A stretch of 64,000 nucleotides of DNA. Source: Candidatus Eiseniibacteriota bacterium (GTDB lineage: Bacteria; Eisenbacteria; RBG-16-71-46; CAIMUX01; VGJL01). A model generated the notes under the pieces. The model worked only from the letters and a program-made list of their open reading frames with translations, did no database searches and was not told the origin of the DNA. The position numbers and the translations under genes are program-made. The stretch lies in NCBI GenBank assembly GCA_041946735.1, contig JBHGAY010000002.1:201623-265622 (forward strand). The letters are read 5' to 3'. This document shows, in pieces, positions 37,202 to 47,327 of the stretch (its first letter is position 1; each line of letters opens with the position of its first letter).

Positions 37202-39619
37202 ATGCCGCAGATCCGCGAACCGCTGCTGCCCGCGCCCGTACGGATGCCGGTGCGCGTTCCCCACGGCGCCGGCCGATTCGGCGCCTCCGCAGGCTCCGGC
37301 TCTCGCGGCGCCGGCTCCGCCTCCTGCGCCCGCACCGGCCGCAGGGCGTGGACGGCCGCCGGGACGGCGAAGACGATCGCGCTCCTCTTCTCGTCCTGTC
37401 TCCTCGCATTCGGATCGGCCAGCGGAGGTCCGAACGCCAGCCCCCGTTCTTCCGGCGGCCTTGCCGTCGCCCCCCTGGGCCAAGGCGCCTCGGCCGTTTC
37501 CCGAGCGACCGAGGCGGAGATCCTCCGCCTCGAGGACCGTCGGGAGTATGGGACTGCCCTCGTCCGACTGCTGATCTCGAGCGAGCCCGCCGTGCGCGAG
37601 CGCGCCGCGGTCGCCGCCGGACGGATCGGCGATCCTCGGGCGATCGCTCCGCTGGCTGCGCTCTTGCGGGACACCGAACCGCGCGTGAGGCGCGAGGCGG
37701 CCTTCGCGCTCGGCGAGATGGAAGACAGCGCGGCTGTGACGCCGCTGGCACTGCTTCTCTCTTCGCAGGCGGAGCGCGACGAGGAGGTGCGCGCACTCGC
37801 GATCGAGGCGCTCGGGAAGCTCCAAGCGATTGGAGAGGCTCCGTCCTGTGTCGCCGCGTTGCGCGACAGATCGCCAGCCGTGCGCGTGGCGGCCGCCTAC
37901 GCCGTTTGGAAGCTGCGGGCCGCGGACGCGGTTGCGCCACTGATCGAGAGCAGCCGCGCGGGAGATCCCGAGGAGCGCGCCGCCGCCTGCTACGCGCTCA
38001 TGCGGATGCTCGGCGCCCCGCCGTCCGGTCGTACGCCGGTGCCCGGGGCGGCAGCGCTGGACAGCACCGCGACGGCAGGCGCAATCGCCGCGCTTTGCGA
38101 CCGGATCTCCGATCCGGATCCTTTCATCCGTCTCTCGGCCGCGCGCGGGTTGTCGCGCGCGCCCGGGGCGGCGACGCTCGCGCTCGCCGCTCTCGGGGCG
38201 CTCGAAAAAGCGCGGGACGACCCGGACTGGCGGGTCCGCGTGGAAGCGTTGCGCTCGCTCGACGCGATGGCCTCGCCGCCGCCCTCTCCATCGCAGTCGC
38301 CCGCGCCATCGCCGGCGACTGCGCCATCGGCGTCGCCCGCGTCCCTCTTCGCCGCAGCGCTCGCCGCGCTCGAAGATCCCAACCCGAACGTGCGCATCAC
38401 GGCAATCGAAGCTCTCGAGAGGGCGGGAAGCGAGGACGAGGTGCTGTCTCGGCTCCGGCGCGTGCTCGAGGGCTCGCCGTCCGAACGGGAACGGGAGGTC
38501 GCCGCGCTGGCCATCGCGGGAAGGCTGGAGGAGGCCGGCGCTCCTCCGGCCTCCGTTGCGGCGCTGGCCCGGAAGCTGGCAGCGGACCGATCGTGGCGCC
38601 TGCGGGCCGCCGCCGCCGATCTGCTGGCGCGCCGGGATGCGGCAGCGGGACGAGCAGCTCCCGGCTTGGTCGATTCCCTCTGGAAGGACGATCCGCGCGT
38701 CGCGAAGAACGCGATCCCCGCGCTTCTCGCCCTCCGCATCCCGGCTGACGCTCCGCCTGCCGGGCGACTCGAGGCCATGCGCGTGACGCTCGATCGCGCG
38801 CTCGCCTCTCCCGATCCCGTAATCCCGGCCGTGGCGATCGAAGCGGCGCGCGCGGCCCTCGGCGACAGCCTCCCGCCCGACGCGCGGGACGCATGGATCG
38901 CGTTCCTCGCCGCCGCATGGGAAGGGACGCCGCCGGCCGGCGAGGATCGGGCCCTCGCGATCCTCTCGGCGCTCGAGCCCTACGCGAGCGCGTCGGCTCC
39001 TGCGCTCCGGATCGTGCGAGACGCGGCCGCGCCCGATGCCGCCCCCGCGTTTCAGGACGAGATCGTCCGCCGCGAGGCGCGCCGCATCCTCCGAGCGGCA
39101 GGAGAGGATGTCGGGCCGGAGCCTCCGATCGAGACGGGCCGATCGCCGGCCGAGTACGGGCGGATCGCAGCCTGGGCGGAGCAGGAGCATGCGATCGAGA
39201 TCCGGACGGGCGGCGGGACGATCGAGATCCGCCTCTTCCCGCACGAGGCGCCCCTCACCTGCTGGAACTTCGTCCGCCTCGCCGAGTCGGGGTACTTCGA
39301 CGGCAGCGCCTGGCACCGCGTGGTGCCCGATTTCGTCGTGCAGGACGGAGATCCGCGCGGCGACGGCTTCGGCGGCCCCGGGTATCGGATCCGATGCGAA
39401 ATCCACAAGGACCGCCGCTACGGCACGGGCAGTCTCGGAATGGCGCTGTCGGGCAAGGACACGGGCGGAAGCCAGTTCTTCCTCACTCATTCCCCCCAGC
39501 CGCATCTCGACGGCCGTTACACGGTCTTCGGCCAGGTCGTCTCCGGCCAGGAACTCGTCGACCGCGTGGCGCAAGGAGATCGCATCGACTCCATCCGGGC
39601 GGTGTCCGCCGTTCGATGA
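37202..39619 (+). CDS. HEAT-repeat protein with C-terminal cyclophilin-type PPIase
   Basis: VRERAAVAAGRIGD and VRREAAFALG repeats; HRVVPDFVVQDGDPRGDGFGGPG, GKDTGGSQFF, HLDGRYTVFG. Start uncertain. Confidence 0.88.
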   Translation: MPQIREPLLPAPVRMPVRVPHGAGRFGASAGSGSRGAGSASCARTGRRAWTAAGTAKTIALLFSSCLLAFGSASGGPNASPRSSGGLAVAPLGQGASAVSRATEAEILRLEDRREYGTALVRLLISSEPAVRERAAVAAGRIGDPRAIAPLAALLRDTEPRVRREAAFALGEMEDSAAVTPLALLLSSQAERDEEVRALAIEALGKLQAIGEAPSCVAALRDRSPAVRVAAAYAVWKLRAADAVAPLIESSRAGDPEERAAACYALMRMLGAPPSGRTPVPGAAALDSTATAGAIAALCDRISDPDPFIRLSAARGLSRAPGAATLALAALGALEKARDDPDWRVRVEALRSLDAMASPPPSPSQSPAPSPATAPSASPASLFAAALAALEDPNPNVRITAIEALERAGSEDEVLSRLRRVLEGSPSEREREVAALAIAGRLEEAGAPPASVAALARKLAADRSWRLRAAAADLLARRDAAAGRAAPGLVDSLWKDDPRVAKNAIPALLALRIPADAPPAGRLEAMRVTLDRALASPDPVIPAVAIEAARAALGDSLPPDARDAWIAFLAAAWEGTPPAGEDRALAILSALEPYASASAPALRIVRDAAAPDAAPAFQDEIVRREARRILRAAGEDVGPEPPIETGRSPAEYGRIAAWAEQEHAIEIRTGGGTIEIRLFPHEAPLTCWNFVRLAESGYFDGSAWHRVVPDFVVQDGDPRGDGFGGPGYRIRCEIHKDRRYGTGSLGMALSGKDTGGSQFFLTHSPQPHLDGRYTVFGQVVSGQELVDRVAQGDRIDSIRAVSAVR

Positions 39620-39665
39620 TTCGGTGCATGGAGACGCAGGCGGGCCGGGACTATGATCGCCGGAG

Positions 39666-41303
39666 ATGACCGTGAGTAGAGACCGCCACCCGAAGTCCGT
39701 CATGCCGCCGCTGCCCCCGTCCCGTCGCCGGCGGCGGCCGCGCCCTCGGTTCGCCCGTCTGGGCGCCCTTGGTATGGCCATGATCGTGGCCGCCTGCTCC
39801 CTCTTCTCCACCGACGTCGTTCCGGCCGCGCGAGCGCAGACCGAGTCGCGCACCGACCTCAACCAGCTCTTCCGCAGGCTGCTGCAGTCCGACACGATCC
39901 AGGATCGGCAGCAGATCTGCTCGGAGGTCGATCCGCGGACCGTCCCCCCGTACGTGGGCCTCTTCTGCCAGGGATACCAGGCGCTCGCGATCGGGAGCGA
40001 CAGCCTGGCGGTGCGCCTGCTGTCCGAAGCGCTCGATCTGCAGCCGAACTTCGCCGTCGCCTGCCTCGCCTACGCCGACGCCTTCGCCGAGCGCGAGCAG
40101 TGGGAACCGGCGGCGTTCTGGTACGAGACCGCCAGCAAGATCTCTCCGATGCGCCTCGACCCGTACTACGGCCTCGGCCGCGTGTGGCTCGCGCGAGCCC
40201 AGGCCGAGGGGACGCCCGCCTACGAGAAGGCGCTGGCGGCCTTCGAAGGGATGACGCACGCGTCGCCGTCCAACCCGGATGGCTGGAGCAATATGGGGAT
40301 GGTCCTCGCCCTGCTCGGCCGGTACGGCGAAGCCGAGACGCACTATCGGGAAGCGCTGCGGCTCACGCCGAAAGATCCGGAGATCCATTACAGCCTCGGT
40401 TCGCTCGCCTCGCGTCGCGGGGACGATGCGACGGCCGAGGCCGAATGGAAGAAGACGCTCGAGCTGGCCCCCGCCTACGGCGCGGCGGCGGTGGAGCTGG
40501 CCTCGCTCTATGGCCGGCAGGGACGGCTGCAGGAGGCGAGCAGCGTCCTCGAGAACGCGGTCGACGATACCGGCGGCGGGCCCGACGCGGCACGCCTTCG
40601 CCGCGACCTCGGTCTGCTGGTCCTGAGAAGCGGAAAGGCCGATCGTGCCGTGTCGCTCGTCGAGCAGGCGAAGATGATCCATGCCGATCCGCGAACGCTG
40701 GTGGTCTACGCGCACATGAAGCTGTTGCAGGGAAAGACCGAGGCGGCCCTTTCGGCGCTTGCCGAAGCGGCCCGCCAGGACACCGCGGCCGCCGGTCCGA
40801 TGATCCGCCAGTGGGCCCCCACGCTCCAGAAGGTGCTCCTGACTTTCGGCACGAGCGACCCCGTCGGAGCGACCGCCATCCGCTCGCTTTTCGGCCACGC
40901 GGATCTCCAGCGCGAGGTGGTCCCGGAGGAGGCGAGCCTGGCGCTGATCGATCAGATGCTCCCGGGATGGAGGATCCCGGCCGGCAAGCTCGAGGTGAAG
41001 CCGACGAAGCCCGAGCGGGAGTACGACACTCCGCCTTCCCCGGTCTATCGCCCGCCCGCCTTCTATCCGGAGACGGCCATGGGGATCGAGGGGACGGTCA
41101 TCGTGAAGCTGCGCGTCGATACGCGCGGCATCGTAAAGGACGCGAAGGTGCTCGAGGGCGGAAACCCCGCCCTCGAGTGGGCGGCCCTCGATGCGGCGAA
41201 GCGCTGGCGGTTCGACCCGGCGAAGCTCGACGGGAAGCCGGTCGAAGCGGACGTCACGATCCCCTTCAAGTTCACGAACTCGCCGACGCAGCCCCCCCAG
41301 TAG
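39666..41303 (+). CDS. TPR-repeat protein with C-terminal TonB domain
   Basis: Signal/TM; TPRs (GWSNMGMVL..YREALRLTP); YPETAMGIEGTVIVKLRVD..AAKRWRFDPAKLDGKPV. Confidence 0.85.
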   Translation: MTVSRDRHPKSVMPPLPPSRRRRRPRPRFARLGALGMAMIVAACSLFSTDVVPAARAQTESRTDLNQLFRRLLQSDTIQDRQQICSEVDPRTVPPYVGLFCQGYQALAIGSDSLAVRLLSEALDLQPNFAVACLAYADAFAEREQWEPAAFWYETASKISPMRLDPYYGLGRVWLARAQAEGTPAYEKALAAFEGMTHASPSNPDGWSNMGMVLALLGRYGEAETHYREALRLTPKDPEIHYSLGSLASRRGDDATAEAEWKKTLELAPAYGAAAVELASLYGRQGRLQEASSVLENAVDDTGGGPDAARLRRDLGLLVLRSGKADRAVSLVEQAKMIHADPRTLVVYAHMKLLQGKTEAALSALAEAARQDTAAAGPMIRQWAPTLQKVLLTFGTSDPVGATAIRSLFGHADLQREVVPEEASLALIDQMLPGWRIPAGKLEVKPTKPEREYDTPPSPVYRPPAFYPETAMGIEGTVIVKLRVDTRGIVKDAKVLEGGNPALEWAALDAAKRWRFDPAKLDGKPVEADVTIPFKFTNSPTQPPQ

Positions 41304-41418
41304 CGCCGGCCGCAGCGACGCGGCGGCAGCAAGGATCCGGTGGACGAGCAGCGGCCCCGGCCTCGCGCACGGGCGAGGCGGGGCCGCTTGCAGCGACGCT
41401 CTGTAGGAAGGGGGAAAG

Positions 41419-42192
41419 CTACTCGCCGCACGTCAGGTTATCGCAAGAGTCCTGTCCCATGGGCATCCCGTCCTGGTTCTCGCAATCCTCCAAGGTCGTC
41501 ACGATGCAGGATCCATCCTGGAGGCAACAGGCCATCGTCTCCGGAGGCTCCGGCGGCAAGGTCACCGTCACGTCGTGCGAGGGCGGGCTCCAGATGTCGT
41601 CCGAGCCGGCGTCGAAGTGCAGCCGGAAGCCCTCGAGGCCGCCGGCCGTGGCGTAGATCGGGATCCTCCACTGCTCGTGAGGCCCGAGCTCCGGCGAGCA
41701 GTCCTCGCCCGCGCACATGGGATGCGCGTAGTAGATGCCGGTCCCCGAGGGCGGGTAGACTCCGTGGCTGCCACCATCGAAGCCGAAGAGCCCTGTGTCC
41801 GTTTCGCTAAAGTCGTCGGGGACGGTCAGGTAGTCACCGACCTGGACGGACCAGCCGGGCTGCCAGACGTACTCTGCCGCCATCGTGACGAGGAGATTGA
41901 CTCCCGTGATCGGATAGTCGGTCGTGTTGGTGACGACGATGGTGAAGGAGTTCGCCTCCGCGATCCAGCTGTCTGTGATCCATGGATCGTCGGAGGAGCC
42001 GACGTACCAGTTCTCCGCGTCTTCCACCGTCACCCAGAGGCGGGCCGGGTTCCCCATCTGCGTCCCTTCGATTCCCTGGCTGGCGGTATCGACCGGCGCG
42101 GTGGACTCCTCGCTACAGCCTGCGAGGCTTGCACCGAGCCCGATCGAGAGAAGGACAAGGAAGCGAAAGGCGTTCTTGTTGAGCTTGATCAT
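41419..42192 (-). CDS. lipoprotein with choice-of-anchor-N-like domain and Cys-rich C-terminal module
   Basis: LAGC lipobox; SHGVYP..LHFD..PPSHDV; ACCLQDGSC..C..G..SCDNLTC. Domain name from recall. Confidence 0.65.
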   Translation of the reverse strand: MIKLNKNAFRFLVLLSIGLGASLAGCSEESTAPVDTASQGIEGTQMGNPARLWVTVEDAENWYVGSSDDPWITDSWIAEANSFTIVVTNTTDYPITGVNLLVTMAAEYVWQPGWSVQVGDYLTVPDDFSETDTGLFGFDGGSHGVYPPSGTGIYYAHPMCAGEDCSPELGPHEQWRIPIYATAGGLEGFRLHFDAGSDDIWSPPSHDVTVTLPPEPPETMACCLQDGSCIVTTLEDCENQDGMPMGQDSCDNLTCGE

Positions 42193-42365
42193 GGCCTCCA
42201 TCCTCTCTCCTGCCCTTCTGGGGCAGCGCTTCTTCGATGGATGCCAGTTCCGTTCCTGGTCGTTCGATGCGGCGGGGACCCGCCTTTCCAATCTGTTGCG
42301 GGCGGCCTGTCTTTCGGGGGCTACCAAGAGATTGCAGATCGCACGATGCAGAGTGCGCGACGGTG

Positions 42366-42402
42366 AAAGGGATCCCCGTGGGGCGAACCCCCCGGGGATC
42401 CC
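42366..42402 (-). terminator. probable terminator of the S8 peptidase gene
   Basis: GGGATCCCCG..CGGGGATCCC stem followed by TTTC on the minus strand. Confidence 0.65.
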
Positions 42403-42435
42403 ACTCGTTCCTTTCGGGATGGCGGACGCGATCGC

Positions 42436-44736
42436 CTACTTCAAGAGGAGCAGGCGCGTCTCGCCGGAGAGGCGGCCGTCGAGCATCAGCCGAGCGTAGT
42501 AGACCCCGCTCGGAACCGGGCGCCCAACGTCCTCCGAACCATTCCACACGAACTCGTGCGGGCCTGCGGGCAGGGCGCCGTCGTGGAGCACGGCGACACG
42601 GCGGCCATCGACCGCGTAGATCGCGAGTCGCGCTCCAGCCGCTTCCGGTAGCTGGAGACGGATCGTCGTCCTCGGACGGAACGGGTTCGGAGAAGCCGTC
42701 AGGAGGACCGAAGCATCCCCGGGGAACACCACGCGCCGCTCGCTGCTCATCGACTCACGCCCTCCCGCGGCCGCAATGACAACGGCGGGGCCCGGATCGG
42801 GAAGCAGGCCGCCCGAGGGAACTCCGGTCAGGAGGATGTCGTCGACGTACGCGCCCTCCCTTGTTTGGGAGGCGTTGCTCACGAAGACGAAGCGGAATCG
42901 CAGATTCGTGAAGCCGGTCAGCGTGTAGGCCGGATTCACCCAGCCCGAGTTGTTGTACCAGCGCTGCTGCTCCGTCCACCCTGTTCCGTTCCAGTATTGG
43001 AAGGACAGGTAATCGGAGCTGTTGCGCGTCGCGTACCAGATCCAGAAGGAGAGCCTGAGGTCCGTGTAGCCGCTCACGTCGATGCCGTTGATGAGGGTCA
43101 TGTGGGAGTTCATGTTGTTGTCGTACTTCTGCCCGGACACGTTCGAGTTGTCCGCGCAGTAGGCGCTCACGGTGCCCGAATGCACCCGCGCGCCCGAGCT
43201 CTTTGTCTGATCTCCCCAGTAATCGAGCCCGCTCGATCCGTTGCCGTCGCCCGCATCCCAGACGCCTCCGGGGACGGTGGTCGCTTCGAACCCCTCGGAG
43301 AAGATCGTCACCGGATCGCCGCCGCCGCCGCCTCCGCCCGCATTCCCCACGGCCTCGTAGGCGTTCAGCCGACCGTATCCGGTCTGCGTGTCGTAGCCGC
43401 CGGCTCCGATGTCATCGCAAGTGTTCCGCAGGACGGTCCGCAGACCGTCGTTGGTGAGCGCGGGATTCTGCGACCAGACGAGGGCGCCGATTCCGGCCGC
43501 ATGCGGCGTCGCGGAGGAGGTCCCGTTGAAGTCGGAGATGTAGTCTCCGGAGACGAATCCCCCGGAGCCGCGGACGTCGGAGGTGTGGATCCGCACGCCG
43601 GGGGCCATGAAGTCCAGGCCCGTGCCATAGTTCGATCCCCACCAGGTCTCCCCGTCGCAGCTCGAAGGGTTCTTCCTCTCGTTGCAGGGAGAAAGGGCGC
43701 CCACGGCGATCGTGTTGGAGTAGGCGGCCGGATAGTCGAGCGAGGACCGGTTCGAGTTGCCCGCCGCGGCGAAGATCGCGCATCCCTTTCCGTAGGCGTA
43801 GTTGACCGCCGTCTGCAGCGTCGCCGATGCGCCGCCTCCCAGGCTCATCGACAGAATCCTGGCCCCATGGTCCGCCGCCCAGTTGACGCCGTTGGCGACC
43901 GCCGTGTAGGAGCCGCTTCCGTTCGCGTCGAGCACCTTGACGGGCAGCAGCTTCACGCCCCAGGCGACGCCGGCAATCCCCTGCGCGTTGTTGCCGGCTC
44001 CCAGCGCGATGCCGGCGCAGCAGGTGCCGTGTCCGTTGTCGTCGTTGGGATTCGCGTCGTTGTTGATGAAGTCGTAGCCGTTGGCGAGCACCCGGCCGGC
44101 GAACTCCGGGTGTCCGGCGTCGACGCCCGTGTCGATGATCGCGAGGATGAACGAGCCGCTTCCCGTCTGCAGGTCCCAAGCCTGATCCGTGTCGGTGTCG
44201 CAGTCCGGAGTCCCGACCGTCCCACCCCCGTAACGGAGCGCCTGACCGGTATTGTCGTGCGCCCACTGCTGGGGATAGTAGGTGTCGTTGGGAACGAGCA
44301 TCGCATGCGCGACCCGGTTCGGCTCGGCGAAGACGATCTCGCCGAGAGCCGCGAGGAGCGCGGCCGCCGACTCGGGCGATCGGGCGTCCGCGTAGCGGGC
44401 GAGGAAGATGCGGTCCATCCCGGCGGCGCTCTTCGCGCTTGGATCGATCGAGAGATCGAACACCGGCTGGATCGCGCGGGCGGAGAGCAAGGCGAGGGCG
44501 CGATCCACCTCGACGAGTCCGGTGCGCCCGGTCGCGAGCCGCAGCGGATCGAACGAGGGGGACAGGAACGCGTCGTTCGCGAGCTGGAGGATCACTTCGC
44601 CGGGAACGGCCTCGGCGTCCGATGCCGGCACGAGGCCGGGGGCGGGCGCCGGAGCATTCGCCCAGGATGCCGCCGTGGAGATGAGGAGCGAGAGGGCAAC
44701 GGCCGCGAGCGTCTCGACCTTCGGTACGAGCTTCAT
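42436..44736 (-). CDS. secreted S8 (subtilisin-like) serine peptidase with C-terminal FlgD-Ig domain
   Basis: Triad IIDTGVD / HGTCCAG / GTSSATP; SPNPFRP..WNGSEDVG..SGVYYARL. Confidence 0.95.
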   Translation of the reverse strand: MKLVPKVETLAAVALSLLISTAASWANAPAPAPGLVPASDAEAVPGEVILQLANDAFLSPSFDPLRLATGRTGLVEVDRALALLSARAIQPVFDLSIDPSAKSAAGMDRIFLARYADARSPESAAALLAALGEIVFAEPNRVAHAMLVPNDTYYPQQWAHDNTGQALRYGGGTVGTPDCDTDTDQAWDLQTGSGSFILAIIDTGVDAGHPEFAGRVLANGYDFINNDANPNDDNGHGTCCAGIALGAGNNAQGIAGVAWGVKLLPVKVLDANGSGSYTAVANGVNWAADHGARILSMSLGGGASATLQTAVNYAYGKGCAIFAAAGNSNRSSLDYPAAYSNTIAVGALSPCNERKNPSSCDGETWWGSNYGTGLDFMAPGVRIHTSDVRGSGGFVSGDYISDFNGTSSATPHAAGIGALVWSQNPALTNDGLRTVLRNTCDDIGAGGYDTQTGYGRLNAYEAVGNAGGGGGGGDPVTIFSEGFEATTVPGGVWDAGDGNGSSGLDYWGDQTKSSGARVHSGTVSAYCADNSNVSGQKYDNNMNSHMTLINGIDVSGYTDLRLSFWIWYATRNSSDYLSFQYWNGTGWTEQQRWYNNSGWVNPAYTLTGFTNLRFRFVFVSNASQTREGAYVDDILLTGVPSGGLLPDPGPAVVIAAAGGRESMSSERRVVFPGDASVLLTASPNPFRPRTTIRLQLPEAAGARLAIYAVDGRRVAVLHDGALPAGPHEFVWNGSEDVGRPVPSGVYYARLMLDGRLSGETRLLLLK

Positions 44737-45066
44737 GACCTCGAACCTCCTGATTGACGAGGGCCTTCGAGCGCCGTGTCGATGGCGCCCACCTGCCGAT
44801 GAAGAGTGGCCGCGGCCGTGGCTACCCGCCTCTCTTTCGGGCGGTCGGATTCTAGGGGGCGGAGGGGGCGCGGTCAACCCGCGGGCGCGTGATCGGCCTG
44901 CTTGGGCGGTCTGCTCGCGCCGCCCATGCGGGCGTTCGTGCGGCAGCTCGATGGCGATTCCGTCTCGACTTTCCGCCCCGCGATCCGGCAGCCTTCTCTG
45001 TTTCATGCCTGCGGGGCGGGACCGACACGCCCACCAAGCGAGGGACCGAGAAAAAGGCGGGAAGCC

Positions 45067-45096
45067 TGTCGATTCCGGCCCCGCCCGCTCGTCGTC
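45067..45096 (+). promoter_or_regulatory. ECF42-like promoter upstream of the DGPF gene
   Basis: TGTCGA-17bp-CGTC. Confidence 0.45.
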
Positions 45097-45212
45097 GTTC
45101 ATAGAAGGGGCTGGGGAAGCGGCCGCAAGCCAGGCGGCGCCCGAAAGCGGCCGGCTCCCCAGCCCGAGCCGACCCAAAACGAGCCGAGACTTTGCGACAA
45201 GGAGAGAATCCA

Positions 45213-45632
45213 ATGCGAGTGATGGTCATGGTCCGAGCGAACAAGGACACGGAAGCGGGCGTGATGCCGAGCGAGAAGATGCTTGCCGACATGACGAAGT
45301 TCAACGAGGAGCTGGCCGAGGCCGGCGTGATGCTCGCGGGCGAAGGACTCAAGCCGAGTTCCAAGGGAGCCCGGATCCAGTTCACGGGAGGAAAGAGGAA
45401 CGTGATCGATGGCCCGTTCGCCGAGGCGAAGGAGCTGATCGCCGGCTACTGGCTCTGGGAGGTCAAGTCGCTCGACGAGGCGATCCAGTGGGCGAAGCGC
45501 GCTCCGATGGAGGAAGGCGCTACGCTCGAAATCCGCCCGTTCTTCGAGGCGGAGGACTTCGGGAAGGAGTTCACTCCGGAGCTTCGCGAGCGCGAGGAGA
45601 AGTTGCGCAAGCAGCTGGAGGCGAAGCAGTAG
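45213..45632 (+). CDS. YciI/DGPF-domain protein
   Basis: GEGLKPS, VIDGPFAEAKELIAGYW, LEIRP. Confidence 0.93.
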   Translation: MRVMVMVRANKDTEAGVMPSEKMLADMTKFNEELAEAGVMLAGEGLKPSSKGARIQFTGGKRNVIDGPFAEAKELIAGYWLWEVKSLDEAIQWAKRAPMEEGATLEIRPFFEAEDFGKEFTPELREREEKLRKQLEAKQ

Positions 45633-45703
45633 ATTCGCCCGGTTCCCTGGGCGGGTTCGCAGGACCGAGCGGAGCGGCGAGGAGGGCGAGCAAGCCCTTC
45701 CCG

Positions 45704-45785
45704 CCGCTTCGCGGCTTTGCTGCTCTCCCGCCTCGCTGCTTTGCTGCTCTCCCGCTTCGCCGCTTCGCCGCTTGGCCGCTTGGCG
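45704..45785. repeat. intergenic 24-bp and 8-bp tandem repeats
   Basis: GCTTTGCTGCTCTCCCGCYTCGC x2, then CGCTTSGC x4, between convergent genes. Confidence 0.75.
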
Positions 45786-45794
45786 CCGGGACGC

Positions 45795-47090
45795 TCACGC
45801 GACCGGCCGGTAGAAGCGGAACAGCTCGTTGCCGATCGGAAGCACCTCGAGGTCGCGGAAGCCGGCCTCCTGCGCGTACCGTCGCACCGTGTCGGTACGC
45901 ATCACGGTGCCGGTCGCCGCCGACGGCTGCTCCGCCATCACGGCCGGCAGGCAGTGGAATACGCTCGCTCCGTACATCAGCCACTCGAACCCGCCCGCAT
46001 GAGGATCGAATCGATCGGCAACGCGCTCGTCCATGATCAGGATCTCCCCTCCGTCCCGGAGGAGGCGCCTCAGGTTTCGTAGCGTCCCAGCGGGATCGGA
46101 CATGTCGTGGAGGCACTCGAACAGGGTCGCGAGATCGTACGTTCCGGCGAGGCTCGGATCGGCCGCGTCGCGAACGTGGAAGCGGACGCGTTCGAGCAGA
46201 TCGGGGCGCGACGCCGAGGCGGCGGTCTCGGCGAGATTCGCCCGGGCGAGTTCGATCGACGGCTCGTCGAGATCGAAGCCGTCGACGGTCACGTTCGGAT
46301 AGGCAAGCGCGATCCCGATGCAGGACCACCCGGCGCCGCAACCGACGTCGGCGACGGCGGCCGGCGCTTTCGAACGCAGTCGAGCGTCGATGCTCGCGAC
46401 GGCCGGGAGCCATTCCTTGCCCAGCTCGTTGAGGAAGATGCCGCGGTTCAGCCTCGCCTGCCCCAGGCGCATGTCCGATCCGTAGGCGGCGAACGGCACG
46501 CCGCCGCCCGTCCTGTAGGCCTGAACGATCTCGGGCAGCGGGCGGACGAGGCCCGCGGCCGCCTGCGCGATCGGCGCGAGGTACCCCGGAGAGTCCCGGC
46601 GCGCGAGCGCTTCCACGTGCGCCTCCGGCAGGAAGAACCGGCGGGACGTCGCATCGAGCCTCGCATCCTCGACTCCAAGCACGCCGCACACCGCCTGTTG
46701 CTCGAGCCACTCCCTCACGTACCTCTCGTGCGTCCCGGTGCGCCGCGCCAGCTCGATCGACGTGAGCGGACCGTCCTCGGCGAGAACCTGATAGAAACCG
46801 AGCTGGTCTCCGAGATGGATCGAGCAGATTGCGAACATTCCCTCGGCGGCATTGAGGACGCGCTGGGCGAATCGTTCCGCGTCCGCCGCGGCCATCTGCT
46901 CCGCCCCGGGCTCGTGCTGCGCCGCGGGCTTCTGCTGCGCTGCGGCGTCTTGCTGCGCCCCCGCGCCGCCGTTCCCGCTGCGCGCTCCATCCGCCGCTTC
47001 CCGCGCTTCGCCTTCCGCGACGAGGAACGTCGTTCCTGCCTGCTCCTCGTTCCGTTCGATTCTCCCCCTAGCCTCATCGTCCCGCTTCAT
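45795..47090 (-). CDS. class I SAM-dependent methyltransferase with N-terminal winged helix
   Basis: THERYVREWL, ADVGCGAGW, FECLHDMSDP, FHCLP; GGAGG RBS. Confidence 0.9.
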   Translation of the reverse strand: MKRDDEARGRIERNEEQAGTTFLVAEGEAREAADGARSGNGGAGAQQDAAAQQKPAAQHEPGAEQMAAADAERFAQRVLNAAEGMFAICSIHLGDQLGFYQVLAEDGPLTSIELARRTGTHERYVREWLEQQAVCGVLGVEDARLDATSRRFFLPEAHVEALARRDSPGYLAPIAQAAAGLVRPLPEIVQAYRTGGGVPFAAYGSDMRLGQARLNRGIFLNELGKEWLPAVASIDARLRSKAPAAVADVGCGAGWSCIGIALAYPNVTVDGFDLDEPSIELARANLAETAASASRPDLLERVRFHVRDAADPSLAGTYDLATLFECLHDMSDPAGTLRNLRRLLRDGGEILIMDERVADRFDPHAGGFEWLMYGASVFHCLPAVMAEQPSAATGTVMRTDTVRRYAQEAGFRDLEVLPIGNELFRFYRPVA

Positions 47091-47327
47091 GGCTGGCCTC
47101 CTCTCCGTTCGTTCCATTTCTTGGTTCTGCTACAGTCCCCGGTTCACTCGACCCGCCGGTCGGGTCGTCCCTTCACTCCCTCGATGCGCAGGCTCTCGCC
47201 ATCTCCCGACAGGAAAAGAGTGGGCTCGGCTCTCGGGCGAGGGAGGACCCGGCAGCGGACAAGGGGGGACTGCGGGAGGGGCCGAAAAGGGACGGAGGAG
47301 AGAGGGCGGACCCGGGAGCGGACGGAA

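Noticed and set aside
28853..39895. Long antisense or alternative-frame ORFs (968, 743, 1009 aa and similar across the window)
   Set aside because: Shadow ORFs caused by high GC, overlapping genes with clear motifs; Arg/Pro/Gly-rich with no recognisable domains.
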